64,000 nucleotides of DNA from a bacterium (lineage in GTDB: Bacteria > Patescibacteriota > Patescibacteriia > UBA1558 > UBA10009). A model generated the notes under the pieces. It had not been told where the DNA came from. It saw nothing but the letters and a program-made list of their open reading frames with translations, and made no database searches. The stretch covers positions 672,977 to 736,976 of the forward strand of contig JABHGM010000001.1 of the NCBI GenBank assembly GCA_018672055.1. Reading direction: 5' to 3'. Shown here piece by piece: positions 27,656 to 38,467 of this stretch; positions within the stretch are counted from its first letter, which is position 1, and each line of letters begins with the position of its first letter. The position numbers were made by a program, and so were the translations under genes.

Positions 27656-30322
27656 CTATTCTTCTCTTGAAATAATAGTTGCGTAAAATTGATCAGTATT
27701 TAACTCAGTACTGAATTTCAATCCATTATCCTTGATTACAGTATCAGAACCATTGGTATTGTTTAACCAGTTAATACTAAAACCTTCTGGTAAGTAAAGA
27801 TATGAATTAAAATAGTTATTTTCTACACCTGATTGCTTTTGAACAAGTAAGCTATGATCTAAAACATCATCCTTTTTAAACCATTTAAAGAAACCGCTTT
27901 CTTCTAAATCTAATTCAAAAGGTAGTCTATATGAAAAGGTTAAAGTAGAACTTTCACCAGGTTCAACTTGTATCCAATGTCCAAATACAGTTTTATTTAA
28001 TTCATTATTTATTCTAGTTCTAGATTTTGGATCTGTATATACTTCACCATTTATATTCAACAAATCAATATCTAAACTATATCCAGAATAAATATCTTTG
28101 AATAATGAATCATCTGGTGGCATGAAACCTGTTACTTCAATTAACTCTGAGCCTTCTGGTACATAAATTCTTAAATAATCAACATTATTATCTTTAGCAA
28201 AAACATATCGAGCATCATCTTCTGGTATTAAGTCACCTTGATGTGATCTTTTAATAGAAACTGTATTTACAATCGAACCATCTGATTCAATATATGAATA
28301 ATGATTAATTTCTTGATTAATATATTCATCCGTCTTACCTCCAGCTATATTTGTATTAACTACCATTAAATAATCATGATCAGTATCTTCAATCTCCCCT
28401 GTCCAACCAAATGATCTTGCCTTTTCTTGCATAGAACTGTCAGGGAAATAGAATTGAAAATCTTTCGATTCAAAAGCACTATTTAAAGTTAAAACCAAAG
28501 GTAGAGTATGTTCTGATTTACTAGATAATAGCTTATCAACTAATAATGGCATTAAATCTCCAATAATTTCTTTTGGCTTATTATCTTCATATTCAAATAA
28601 AGTAGCGTGTTGAAGAGCAAGTACTACATTATCTGGAGTTAATACTTTATCGTACTCTGGCATTTCAATATTTCCTACTACTTCTAAAAGATCTGGAACA
28701 ATTGACGAATTTATTGATATGACACCATCAACTGAAGGCCAGTTAGAATTCTCAAAAAACCAAGTTATTTTTTCAGCAGAAGTTGGAAAATCAGCCCACC
28801 AATTAGCATCCCAAATATTCCAAGCTGTTCCAACTAAATGCATTGGGTCTGGAGATATAACTTTTTTAGTTAAATAGCCTTTTAGATCATATGTACCTCC
28901 TGGAGGAACTTCCATATTAATTATTTCACCTTTAACTAAATCAACTAAAGCAAATGTTCCAAAAAATCCTCCAGTTGGTCTTAACTCATTATTATTTTGA
29001 AACATAAACAAATATCTTTTCGGTGACTCATGTCCTAAAACATCTAATGAAAATTTAAATAACTCACTATTATGATTTAAACTATTTTTTAAAATAGGCA
29101 AAGCTTCTTGTAATTGATTAAATGTATCTCTGTATTCACCAGGAATAATTGAGCTATCAACTTCAATTAAATCAGAAATTACTAGATCAAGATCACTATT
29201 AATCTTTTCTAACCCATTATATATAACAACTAAATTATCTGTTAAAGCTTGATCTAAGTCTTTAAATTCTTGACTCTTACTTAAAACTAAAGTTAATTCT
29301 TGAGCAATATCTGAGAACTTTTCACCAGCACTTACCAATTTTTCAGCAGAACTTACTTTTTTCCCAGTTACTGGCAAACCTTTTAAAATTTCAATGAATG
29401 TATGATTAAAATTATCAGTATACTGTTTTACTTCATTAAAATACTGACTAGCACTACCGAAAGAAATACCTGCTTGTTGCCAATTCAAGTCTTGTATAGC
29501 ATCAACACCCGATTTAAACTCATCTAAAGCAACTTCAGAAACACCTAAGACTTCTCCCTTTGTTTCTTGTAAATATTTATAGAAGAATAAGCCACGTATT
29601 GGAATAATTAAAAGTAGAGCTACTAAAGCAAAATTAAGAGCAAATCTAAAATTAATTAACCACTTTTTATCAAATGTAGGAGTTTTGTGTTTAGTTTCTA
29701 ACTTTTTAATTTTTGGAAATTGATTATATATTTTAATTCCAAAATTATCTAACTTTTCTAAGATTCTTTTTCTTTTTAAAAGATTTGTATAACTTGTTTT
29801 CTTTACGATTGGTACTTCAATATTATTAACTAATTTATCTGGTCCTTCTTTTAAATTACTATCAACCTGATTAAAAAACTTAGTAACCAAACTTTCTGGT
29901 GGTTTTTCTAATTTTGATTTTTTTTGAATTCTATCTTTTAAATTTAATAAATATGCTGAGTTATCTAAACTTTGTGAAGTTTTCTTAGTACTAAACTTTC
30001 CATTTTTAAATAATTTAATTTTAATCTCATTTTTAGGTAATAACTCTTTTTTATTCTTGAGACTTGATTCACTACTAATTATTTTATCTAATTCTGAATA
30101 TACTTTTTGTTTCTTTCTAAATTCTAAACTTTCAACTTGATTCATCTCAGCTAAAAATTCAATTTGTTCATCAATTAAAAGATGATCAAGATTAACATTG
30201 TCCTGATCATTTTTTACAGCTTTAATACGTATTGATTTTTTAGCAGGTTTTTTTCTAATAACTTTACTTTTAACTACCTTTTTTTTCAAAGCCTTTTTTT
30301 GTTTTGTTTTAGCTTTAGCCAT
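27656..30322 (-). CDS. Large membrane-anchored extracytoplasmic protein with Lys-rich cytoplasmic N-terminus; possible DUF4012-like domain
   Basis: 888 aa. The first ~230 aa are extremely K-rich low complexity, followed by a single TM (FALNFALVALLLIIPI) and a ~640-aa extracellular region containing NNELRPTGGFFGTFALVD, a motif I recall from the DUF4012 family (unverified). Confidence 0.5.
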   Translation of the reverse strand: MAKAKTKQKKALKKKVVKSKVIRKKPAKKSIRIKAVKNDQDNVNLDHLLIDEQIEFLAEMNQVESLEFRKKQKVYSELDKIISSESSLKNKKELLPKNEIKIKLFKNGKFSTKKTSQSLDNSAYLLNLKDRIQKKSKLEKPPESLVTKFFNQVDSNLKEGPDKLVNNIEVPIVKKTSYTNLLKRKRILEKLDNFGIKIYNQFPKIKKLETKHKTPTFDKKWLINFRFALNFALVALLLIIPIRGLFFYKYLQETKGEVLGVSEVALDEFKSGVDAIQDLNWQQAGISFGSASQYFNEVKQYTDNFNHTFIEILKGLPVTGKKVSSAEKLVSAGEKFSDIAQELTLVLSKSQEFKDLDQALTDNLVVIYNGLEKINSDLDLVISDLIEVDSSIIPGEYRDTFNQLQEALPILKNSLNHNSELFKFSLDVLGHESPKRYLFMFQNNNELRPTGGFFGTFALVDLVKGEIINMEVPPGGTYDLKGYLTKKVISPDPMHLVGTAWNIWDANWWADFPTSAEKITWFFENSNWPSVDGVISINSSIVPDLLEVVGNIEMPEYDKVLTPDNVVLALQHATLFEYEDNKPKEIIGDLMPLLVDKLLSSKSEHTLPLVLTLNSAFESKDFQFYFPDSSMQEKARSFGWTGEIEDTDHDYLMVVNTNIAGGKTDEYINQEINHYSYIESDGSIVNTVSIKRSHQGDLIPEDDARYVFAKDNNVDYLRIYVPEGSELIEVTGFMPPDDSLFKDIYSGYSLDIDLLNINGEVYTDPKSRTRINNELNKTVFGHWIQVEPGESSTLTFSYRLPFELDLEESGFFKWFKKDDVLDHSLLVQKQSGVENNYFNSYLYLPEGFSINWLNNTNGSDTVIKDNGLKFSTELNTDQFYATIISREE

Positions 30323-30380
30323 TGGGGAAAACTTAAATCATTTGAGCTTTATTATACCACAAAATGACTTGTTATGTAAA

Positions 30381-31472
30381 TTACTTTTTATATAATATAT
30401 TTGTTTCATTTACCATTTTATTCCAACTATATGCTTTTATATTTTCTAAACCTTTTACAATTAATTCTTCTCTTAAATTCTTATCACTTAGTAACATATC
30501 AATTTTATCAAACATATCTGATTCATTATTTGGATCAAAATATATTACTGAATCTTTTAATATTTCTACTAAGCATGATTTATTTGAACTAATAACTGGT
30601 ACACTATGTGCTTGAGCTTCTAAAGGTGGTAAACCAAAACCTTCATAGAGTGAAGGAAATACGTATATTAAAGAATTTTGATATAAAGTTTTTAGTTCTG
30701 ACTCAGAAACATAACCAGTAAATATGACATTAGAATTATTTACTTTTTTTTGTAACTTCCTATAAAACTCATCAACTTCACCTACAAAAACTAATTGATA
30801 TTTATTCTGCTTATTTAATTTATTAAATACTTCTAGTAACTTATCTAAATTCTTATGAGGATAAGCAGATCCTACATATAGTAAATATGGTTTATCTATA
30901 TTAAATCTACTAATTTCTGATTCAGCTTGAGTTTTATCCAAAAAGTAACCTTCATAAATAACACTAATCTTTTCTTGAGGTACTTGATATAGAGAAACTA
31001 GATCAACTTTACCAAATTCACTAGGAACTATTATTTTATTTGCCTTAGCTACTGCATGCTTCATAATTCTCTTATAACCTTTTAATTTAAGGCTATATTG
31101 CCATTTTGGTAAATTAGTAGCCCGTGAATCAGGAAAATGATCAATTATTAAATCATGTATAGTTACAATATACTTTTTATTATATCTAAGTGGTACATTA
31201 AAATGTGGAAAGTGCATTAAATCAACTTTTTCTTTTTTTATGATCCAAGGTACTAATATTTGTTCTTTTAAGCTATACCATCTAGCATTCATTAAAACTT
31301 TTTTAACTCTTTTATTGGATGTACTAAACTCATCATAATTTTCATTAGTTAAAAAAATAACATAATAATTTTTATTATCAAGCTTAATAACACCATCTAC
31401 TAATTTTTTTATATACCTGCCTAGTCCCCTATATTTTGTACCATAGAGTCTAGCATCTATTCCTATTCTCAT
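30381..31472 (-). CDS. Family 4 glycosyltransferase
   Basis: EGFGLPPLEAQAHSVPVISS GT4 signature. Confidence 0.8.
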   Translation of the reverse strand: MRIGIDARLYGTKYRGLGRYIKKLVDGVIKLDNKNYYVIFLTNENYDEFSTSNKRVKKVLMNARWYSLKEQILVPWIIKKEKVDLMHFPHFNVPLRYNKKYIVTIHDLIIDHFPDSRATNLPKWQYSLKLKGYKRIMKHAVAKANKIIVPSEFGKVDLVSLYQVPQEKISVIYEGYFLDKTQAESEISRFNIDKPYLLYVGSAYPHKNLDKLLEVFNKLNKQNKYQLVFVGEVDEFYRKLQKKVNNSNVIFTGYVSESELKTLYQNSLIYVFPSLYEGFGLPPLEAQAHSVPVISSNKSCLVEILKDSVIYFDPNNESDMFDKIDMLLSDKNLREELIVKGLENIKAYSWNKMVNETNILYKK

Positions 31473-32572
31473 AGTTTAAATAGTTTATTAATTTCTAAAG
31501 CTGATTTAGACCAGCTAAACTTTAACATTTTATCCCTACCTTTATTTATTAAATCATCTCTTAATTTATTATCTGTTAATAGCTGATTAATTGCAAATGT
31601 TATTTCTGAAACATTATATGAATTAACTAAAAGTGCTGCATCACCTACTACCTCAGGCATTGATGAATTACTAGATACTATAACTGGACAACCTTGACAC
31701 ATAGCTTCAAGTGGTGGAAAACCAAATCCTTCATAGTAAGATGGCCATACTAACATCTTAGCATTTTTATATATCTCCCATCTTTGATCTGGTAATATGT
31801 AATCAAGTAAATATATTTGTTCTTTTTTAGAAGACTCTTTAACTTGTCTCTTTATTTTATTATATAACCAACCATTACCTCCGGCTATAACTAAATGTAA
31901 GTAAGGATCATTTATTTCTTCAAATGCTTTAATTATAGTGCCAACATTTTTACGAGGTTCTATGGTACCAAGATAAAGAATATATTTTTTAGGTAAAGCC
32001 ATATCAACAATTTTAAATCCAGTATTTTCTAACTCAATTCCAGGATATATAACTTGTATTTTAGATTCATCTAAACCATATAATTTAATTAAATCATTTT
32101 TTGTATTTTCTGATACTGCTATTATTTTATCTGCTTTACTTAATTTGTTCTTTGGATTAATTAAATAATGCCATAATCTCATCTTCCATGAATAAAAGTA
32201 AGGCAGTATCTTAAATGATAAATCATGTACAGTAATTATAGTTTTACAAGATTTGCTAACATGCAAAAAATTTAAATTAGGAAACCAAAAGTAATCAACA
32301 CCTTTAACCAACTTGTCTAATCTTCTAAGTTTTAAAATTAATACTAAATTTAATAGTTTATTAGGCACTCCCTTATGTATTAACTTAACATTAGGATAAC
32401 TCTTTAACTCTTTACGTATCTTAGTATCTAATGGAGTTGCTGAGTTATAGAATAGCTTATACTCATTCTCAGTATCTACTAGTAATAGATTTTTAAGTAT
32501 ATAAAAAGTATAAATACCAACACCAGTAAGCTTATTTCCTCCTAAACATCTAATATCCACACCTATTGTCAT
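31469..32572 (-). CDS. Family 4 glycosyltransferase
   Basis: EGFGFPPLEAMCQGCPVIVSS GT4 signature; start overlaps the previous gene. Confidence 0.8.
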   Translation of the reverse strand: MTIGVDIRCLGGNKLTGVGIYTFYILKNLLLVDTENEYKLFYNSATPLDTKIRKELKSYPNVKLIHKGVPNKLLNLVLILKLRRLDKLVKGVDYFWFPNLNFLHVSKSCKTIITVHDLSFKILPYFYSWKMRLWHYLINPKNKLSKADKIIAVSENTKNDLIKLYGLDESKIQVIYPGIELENTGFKIVDMALPKKYILYLGTIEPRKNVGTIIKAFEEINDPYLHLVIAGGNGWLYNKIKRQVKESSKKEQIYLLDYILPDQRWEIYKNAKMLVWPSYYEGFGFPPLEAMCQGCPVIVSSNSSMPEVVGDAALLVNSYNVSEITFAINQLLTDNKLRDDLINKGRDKMLKFSWSKSALEINKLFKL

Positions 32573-32663
32573 ATATAAGGATTTTACACTAAATATTAGC
32601 TTAAATAAAGCTAAATTTAGCCTCTGTTGATAATATATTAATATTTAAGTATAATTATGCCAT

Positions 32664-33641
32664 ATGAGTGATAAAATAGGTAAAAACATAGTAGTAACAG
32701 GTGGTGCAGGCTTTATTGGTTTCCACTTATCTAAGAGATTATTAGAACTAGGTCATAAAGTGACTATTATTGATAATTTAAGTGATTATTATAATACTAA
32801 GCTTAAAAATGATCGTTTAGCTGAAATCACTGAGAATCCAAACATAACAATACATGAAATAGACATATCTAAACCTCAAGAACTAAATGATATATTTAAA
32901 AATAATAATTTTGATTTAGTGTATCATATAGCAGCTCAACCTGGAGTTAGATATTCATTTGAAAATCCAGAAGTATATTTAACTACTAATATTGAAGGTA
33001 CAAATAATATATTAGAGTTGATGGTAAAGTATAAGATAAAAAATATTATATTTGCTTCTTCGTCATCAGTATATGGTAATTCAGATAAAGAATCATTTAG
33101 TGAAGATGATAACACGAGTAATCCTGTCTCACTTTACGCTGTTACTAAATTAACTTGTGAAAGCTTATTAAAATATTATCATCATCAATATAATTTAAAT
33201 GTAATTGCTTTTAGATTCTTCACAGTTTATGGTCCATGGGGTAGACCAGATATGGCACCCTTCCTATTTACAGAAAAAATCTCTAAAGGAAAAGAAATAG
33301 ATGTGTACAATAATGGCAAGCATCAACGTGACTTTACATATATAGATGACATAATAGAAGGTAATATAAAAGCATTGGATGTAATTAAAGATGGAATGTT
33401 TGAAATAATTAATTTAGGCAATTCTAAATCAATTGAACTAGAATACTTTATTTCAGTGATAGAAAAAGAATTAAATCAAACAGCAAAAAAGAATTATCTA
33501 CCTATGCAACCCGGAGATGTTGTAAAAACGTCAGCTGATATTAGTAAAGCTAAAGAGTTACTTAATTGGCAACCAACAACTTCAATAGAAGTAGGTATGA
33601 ATAAATTTATTAACTGGTATAAAGATTATTTTAAAATTTAA
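32664..33641 (+). CDS. NAD-dependent nucleotide-sugar epimerase, UDP-glucuronate 4-epimerase-like (SDR)
   Basis: [22 protein letters not shown]...[17 protein letters not shown]-terminus and YAVTK catalytic YxxxK closely resemble the UDP-GlcA 4-epimerase (Cap1J/LpsL) subgroup. Confidence 0.6.
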   Translation: MSDKIGKNIVVTGGAGFIGFHLSKRLLELGHKVTIIDNLSDYYNTKLKNDRLAEITENPNITIHEIDISKPQELNDIFKNNNFDLVYHIAAQPGVRYSFENPEVYLTTNIEGTNNILELMVKYKIKNIIFASSSSVYGNSDKESFSEDDNTSNPVSLYAVTKLTCESLLKYYHHQYNLNVIAFRFFTVYGPWGRPDMAPFLFTEKISKGKEIDVYNNGKHQRDFTYIDDIIEGNIKALDVIKDGMFEIINLGNSKSIELEYFISVIEKELNQTAKKNYLPMQPGDVVKTSADISKAKELLNWQPTTSIEVGMNKFINWYKDYFKI

Positions 33642-33652
33642 ATAGTATAAAT

Positions 33653-34684
33653 ATGAAAAAAGCATTAATAACCGGTATCACCGGACAAGATGGAAGTTAC
33701 TTAGCAGAATTCCTATTAAAAAAAGGTTATGAAGTATATGGTATACAACGCAAGGCTTCTACTTTTAATACAATTAGAATTAATCATATATATGATGATA
33801 ATCCTGAAGTAAAAAACTTTCACACAATATATGGTGATTTAACAGATGGTAGTAATTTAAGTAGAACTATAGAAAAAATAAGTCCAGATGAAATATATAA
33901 CTTAGGAGCACAAACTCATGTTCAAGTTAGTTTTCAAATTCCAGTCTATACTTCTAACGTAGATGGCTTAGGTGTTCTTAGAATGCTTGATGCAATTAAA
34001 GAATCTGAAATTAAAACTAAATTCTATCAAGCTTCTTCATCAGAAATGTTTGGTAATAGTAAAGAGTCTCCACAGAATGAAAATACAATATTTAATCCTC
34101 GTTCACCATATGCCTGTGCTAAAGTTTTTGCACATTATTTAACAGTTAATTACAGAGAAGCATATAATCTATTTGCTTGTTCAGGTATACTATTTAACCA
34201 TGAATCACCAAGAAGAGGCGAAACATTTGTTTCAAGAAAAATAACTAGAGGTTTTGCAAGAATTAAACTAGGGTTAGATGATAAATTAATACTTGGTAAC
34301 TTAGAAGCTAAAAGAGATTGGGGTTTTGCTCCTGAATATATAGAAGCTATGTGGTTAATGTTACAACAAGATAAACCTGATGATTTTGTAATAGCTACTG
34401 GAGAAAATCACACAGTAAGAGAATTTGTGGAAAAAACAGCTAAATATTTCGATTTTGATTTAGAATGGCAAGGAACAGGAGTAAAAGAAAAAGGAATTGA
34501 TAAAAAATCAGGTAAAATAATTGTAGAAATAAGTGAATCATACTTTAGACCAGCAGAAGTTGATGAATTAATTGGTGATTATTCAAAAGCTAAAGAATTA
34601 CTTAATTGGGAACCTAAAGTTAAATTCGACGAATTAGTTAATATAATGTCAGAAGCAGATTTTAAACAACAAGATAAAAAATAA
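33653..34684 (+). CDS. gmd: GDP-mannose 4,6-dehydratase
   Basis: [28 protein letters not shown]...; catalytic YACAK; full-length Gmd (343 aa). Confidence 0.85.
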   Translation: MKKALITGITGQDGSYLAEFLLKKGYEVYGIQRKASTFNTIRINHIYDDNPEVKNFHTIYGDLTDGSNLSRTIEKISPDEIYNLGAQTHVQVSFQIPVYTSNVDGLGVLRMLDAIKESEIKTKFYQASSSEMFGNSKESPQNENTIFNPRSPYACAKVFAHYLTVNYREAYNLFACSGILFNHESPRRGETFVSRKITRGFARIKLGLDDKLILGNLEAKRDWGFAPEYIEAMWLMLQQDKPDDFVIATGENHTVREFVEKTAKYFDFDLEWQGTGVKEKGIDKKSGKIIVEISESYFRPAEVDELIGDYSKAKELLNWEPKVKFDELVNIMSEADFKQQDKK

Positions 34685-34687
34685 TTT

Positions 34688-35626
34688 ATGATTAAAGACA
34701 AAAAAATATTAGTAACTGGAGGATCAGGTTTTCTAGGTAAACGTGTTATTAAACGTTTAAAAGAAGAAGGATATAATTTCTGTAGCACTTCTTTAAGTGA
34801 AGGTGTTGATTTCAGAAATTATAATCAAACAATTGAATATTTTAAAAAAGAAAAACCTGATATAGTAATTAACTGTGCAACATTTATAGGTGGTATAAAA
34901 TTTGGAATGGATCATAGAGGTGAAATATATTATAATAATACATTAATATCAAATAATTTAATTGAAGCTTCTAGAGAACTTAAAGTAGAAAGATTCATTA
35001 ACCCAATTTCAAACTGTTCATACCCAAATGTTGGAGATAGAAAATTTAAAGAAGAAGACTGGTGGCAAGGAGAACTAGATGAATCAGTTATGGTTTATGG
35101 AATGTGTAGAAAAATGAGCTGGGTTCAAGCTTACGCATATCATAAACAATATGGTATGAATTTTATTAACTTAATTATTCCAAATATGTATGGACCTGGT
35201 GATCATTTTGAAGAAGTAAGATCACATGCTCTCGGTGCTCTAGTCATGAAAATTGTTAAAGCTAAAGAAGAAAACTTACCAGAAGTAACTGTTTGGGGTA
35301 CAGGTAGCCCAGTAAGAGAATGGTTATATATAGATGATACAGTAGAAATATTATTAGAGTCACTTGAAATAGAACCATTTATTGAAGCAATAAACATTGG
35401 TGTAGGAAAAGGCGTTACTATAAAAGAATTAGCAGAAACTATAAAAGAACAAGTAGGTTATGAGGGTAATTTAACTTTTGATACAGAAAAACCAGATGGT
35501 GCTCCTTATAAAGCGATGGATATAACAAAGAGTAAAAAAATATTTAAAAATTTACCTAATACAGAATTAGATCAAGGAATTAAACAAACAATTGAATATT
35601 ATTACAAAGAAGTATTAAAAAAATAA
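34688..35626 (+). CDS. fcl: GDP-L-fucose synthase (GDP-4-keto-6-deoxymannose 3,5-epimerase/4-reductase)
   Basis: Fcl block ...PNMYGPGDHFEE...VTVWGTGSPVREWLYIDD...INIGVGKGVTIKELAETIKEQVGYEGNLTFDTEKPDGAP... aligns with E. coli Fcl (...PTNLYGPHDNF...VVVWGSGTPMREFLHVDD...VGYKGRVVFDASKPDGTP...). It lies directly after gmd. Confidence 0.8.
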   Translation: MIKDKKILVTGGSGFLGKRVIKRLKEEGYNFCSTSLSEGVDFRNYNQTIEYFKKEKPDIVINCATFIGGIKFGMDHRGEIYYNNTLISNNLIEASRELKVERFINPISNCSYPNVGDRKFKEEDWWQGELDESVMVYGMCRKMSWVQAYAYHKQYGMNFINLIIPNMYGPGDHFEEVRSHALGALVMKIVKAKEENLPEVTVWGTGSPVREWLYIDDTVEILLESLEIEPFIEAINIGVGKGVTIKELAETIKEQVGYEGNLTFDTEKPDGAPYKAMDITKSKKIFKNLPNTELDQGIKQTIEYYYKEVLKK

Positions 35627-35669
35627 TATAATAAAAAAACTGGTTTAAAAAAATCAGTTTTTTGTTTAT

Positions 35670-36923
35670 TTAATTCAATAACTTTTTATATATCTCAACT
35701 TGTCTATCAATTAAAATATTTGAGTCATAATTTTTTAATACATGGTCTCTGCCAAAATTACTAAACTCTGGCCATAAGTCTGAGCTATTTATATAAGTAA
35801 GAATTTTTTCAGCTAATTCTTTGTAATTATTCTCATCAACTAAAAAACCATTCTTACCATCAATGATCTGGTCAGGTAAACCACTATGTCTTGTAGTAAT
35901 TACCGGTAAACCTGTAGCTAAAGCTTGTGATATTACAGTATTCATAAATTATTCCATGTCCCCATCCTTAGCAGTTTTTGAAGGTTGAATAAACAAATGC
36001 ATATCCTTAAAATATTTAATTACATTCTCTAATTTCATATAACCTTTAAATTCTACTAAATTTTTTAAATTTAACTTACTATATAAGTCATATATTTCGT
36101 CTTTTAATGGACCATCCCCTATTATATAACATTTAAATTTTTTATTTGTTTTTACTTTAACAATAGCTAAAGCTTTTAATAAATCATCAAATCCTTTTTT
36201 CTCAACAAAATTACCTACAGAAATCAAATTAATCTGTTCATCATTTTCTAAACTTCTTTTATTAAAAGGATATGACTCAACATCAATACTAACTGGTAAA
36301 ACTTCTACCCTATCTTCAGGAAAACCATACTCCACTACCCTTTCTTTCATATTATTTGACATAACTAAAAAGTTGGAAGATTGTTTTATTAATTTATCAT
36401 AATAGCTACTTGGTTTTTCTCTAAATGATCTAGATACATCATACCCATATAAAGTAGTAACTATCTTTTGTTTTAAATTAAGAATTTCTTTAACTATTAA
36501 ATATCTATTTGCTACTGGTCCAAAATGACAATGAACTAAATCAAACTTTTTATTAATAAATGGAGTTACCCAAAAAATTAATTTAAGTGAAGAAGCGTTT
36601 CTACCATACTTTTTAAAATTAAATAAATCTATTAAGATTATTGGTTTAGTAAATAATATTAATATAATTTTAGGAATAGCAAGTAGGATCCTAAGTAAAT
36701 AATTTTTTGGCATTTCTAAATAATTAATAATATCTTTCATATTATATTCCTGAAATCTATCTGAAATTATATCATTACCTTTAAAATCTTTTCTAAATGA
36801 AAATACTTCTACTTCTATTCCCCTATCTTTTAAATCAGCAATTTGATTGATAATAAAAGTTTCGGAAACTCTGGGAAAGTTTCCGACTACAAAAGCAACT
36901 TTAATTTTATTATCATTTTTCAT
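35670..36923 (-). pseudogene. GT4 glycosyltransferase interrupted by a single in-frame TAA (35949-35951) at the conserved EGFG motif
   Basis: ORFs 35949..36923 and 35670..35945 are in the same frame, separated by TAA-TTT-ATG, and read ...FIQPSKTAKDGDME*FMNTVISQALATGLPVITT... This reconstitutes the GT4 E(G)F...E...G.PV signature, with the stop at the Gly position. Confidence 0.55.
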
Positions 36924-38016
36924 AAAATTCTCTAATCTTCAAACATACATATTTAATTTCTTTAACAGTAAGCTCAGGACTAAGTGGTAAAGAAAGAATC
37001 TCTTTTGAAATTTTACTAACTACAGGAAGATCACTATTTTTTAATTTTAAAAAATTATAACATTTTTGTAAATGAATTGGCTTAGGATAATGAATACCAG
37101 TTTGAATATTGTGCTTTGTTAAATATTGTTGTAACTTATCCCTTTTACTAGTTTGTATTACAAATAAATGCCAAACTCTTTTAATCTTTTTACTAGAACT
37201 AAGTGGTAATTTAATTGGCAAACCTTTTAATTCATTCAAATATATTTTAGCTAATTGATTTCTCTCTTTATTCAAACGAGCAAGTTTAGTTAAACCAAAA
37301 CTTAATAATCCGGCCTGTACTTCATCAAGACGTGAATTATATCCTTCATATACAGAATTATTACGCCCAACTTCGCCATAATGCCTAAGTGCCCTTAATT
37401 TATCACCTAGAGCCTTATTATTCGTTACAACAGCACCAGCATCACCAAAGGTACCTAATATTTTAGTAGGATAAAAGCTAAAACAACTAATATCACCAAA
37501 TGTACCCAGAAATTTATTATTATACTTAGCACCAAAAGATTGAGCCACATCTTCAATTAAAAATAAGCCATACTTTTTAGCTAAGCTTTTTATTTTTAAA
37601 ATTTCTGCAGGATAACCATATAAATGGACCAGAACAATAGCTTTAGTTTTCTTAGTAATTTTTTTTTCAATTAACTCAACATCTATATTGTATGTATCTA
37701 CGTTTATATCAATAAGTATAGGCATAGCACCTGTTTGTCTAATTGCACTAATGGTAGGTACTGCAGTATGAGATGTAGTAATTACTTCATCTTTCTCAGT
37801 TATACCTAATGCTTTTAATGCTAAAAATAATGCATCAGTACCAGAACTTACACCTATAACATGCTTAATATTGAATAATTTACTTAACTTTTTTTCTAAT
37901 TTATCTAATTCTTTACCTAAAATAAAATTACCACTACTGAATATTCTATCCATTACTTTAATAATTTCTTTCTTATTTAATCTATATCTTTTTTTAAAGT
38001 TATTAAATAATATCAT
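36913..38016 (-). CDS. DegT/DnrJ/EryC1/StrS-family PLP-dependent sugar aminotransferase
   Basis: ...HVIGVSSGTDALFLALKALGI...; full-length match to sugar 3-/4-aminotransferases (FdtB/QdtB-like by context). Confidence 0.8.
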   Translation of the reverse strand: MILFNNFKKRYRLNKKEIIKVMDRIFSSGNFILGKELDKLEKKLSKLFNIKHVIGVSSGTDALFLALKALGITEKDEVITTSHTAVPTISAIRQTGAMPILIDINVDTYNIDVELIEKKITKKTKAIVLVHLYGYPAEILKIKSLAKKYGLFLIEDVAQSFGAKYNNKFLGTFGDISCFSFYPTKILGTFGDAGAVVTNNKALGDKLRALRHYGEVGRNNSVYEGYNSRLDEVQAGLLSFGLTKLARLNKERNQLAKIYLNELKGLPIKLPLSSSKKIKRVWHLFVIQTSKRDKLQQYLTKHNIQTGIHYPKPIHLQKCYNFLKLKNSDLPVVSKISKEILSLPLSPELTVKEIKYVCLKIREFYEK

Positions 38017-38017
38017 G

Positions 38018-38467
38018 TTAATTATTTATTGATTTAATAAAATCCTCATAATTTCTAAAATAATCAGCTTCATCAAAGTAATCACTAGCTAGTACCAATA
38101 TTACACAATCTTTTGAAAAACTTGTCATCTCATGCCATAATTTTGGTCCTAGCCTAATACCAATATATGGATCATTCATTACTATTTCTTGTTTATTTGT
38201 ACCATCATCCAATTTAATCTTAAATGAACCATTTACACAAAAAATATACTGCTCTAACTTCTTATGAGCGTGTTTACCTCTAACTGATCTAAATCTATGT
38301 AAGTTATTTATAAAATAAACTCTTTTTATATCAAAAGGAACACTTTTCATAGATTCAGCTATTACTAAGTTACCATCAGGTTCATCATTAAAAAATTGTA
38401 ATTTAATTACACCCGAATTCTTTACTAAAATTTCAATATCTTTTTTCATACTATTTTTTACCAACAA
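38018..38467 (-). CDS. FdtA/QdtA (WxcM)-like cupin, predicted dTDP-4-keto-6-deoxyhexose 3,4-ketoisomerase
   Basis: RGKHAHKKLEQYIFCVNGSFKIKLDDG core (RGxHAHK motif of FdtA/QdtA); 149 aa. Confidence 0.7.
   Translation of the reverse strand: MLVKNSMKKDIEILVKNSGVIKLQFFNDEPDGNLVIAESMKSVPFDIKRVYFINNLHRFRSVRGKHAHKKLEQYIFCVNGSFKIKLDDGTNKQEIVMNDPYIGIRLGPKLWHEMTSFSKDCVILVLASDYFDEADYFRNYEDFIKSINN

Noticed and set aside
32664-33641. Calling the 325-aa SDR dTDP-glucose 4,6-dehydratase (RmlB) to complete the Fdt pathway.
   Set aside because: Its N-terminus and length match the UDP-glucuronate 4-epimerase subgroup ([15 protein letters not shown]..., YxxxK = YAVTK) rather than RmlB. No RmlA/RmlB is present in the window.
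35946-35951. In-frame TAA in the GT4 gene as evidence of stop-codon reassignment.
   Set aside because: TAA is used as a genuine terminator by many intact genes in the window, and known bacterial recodings affect UGA, not UAA. A nonsense mutation or sequencing error is the simpler explanation.
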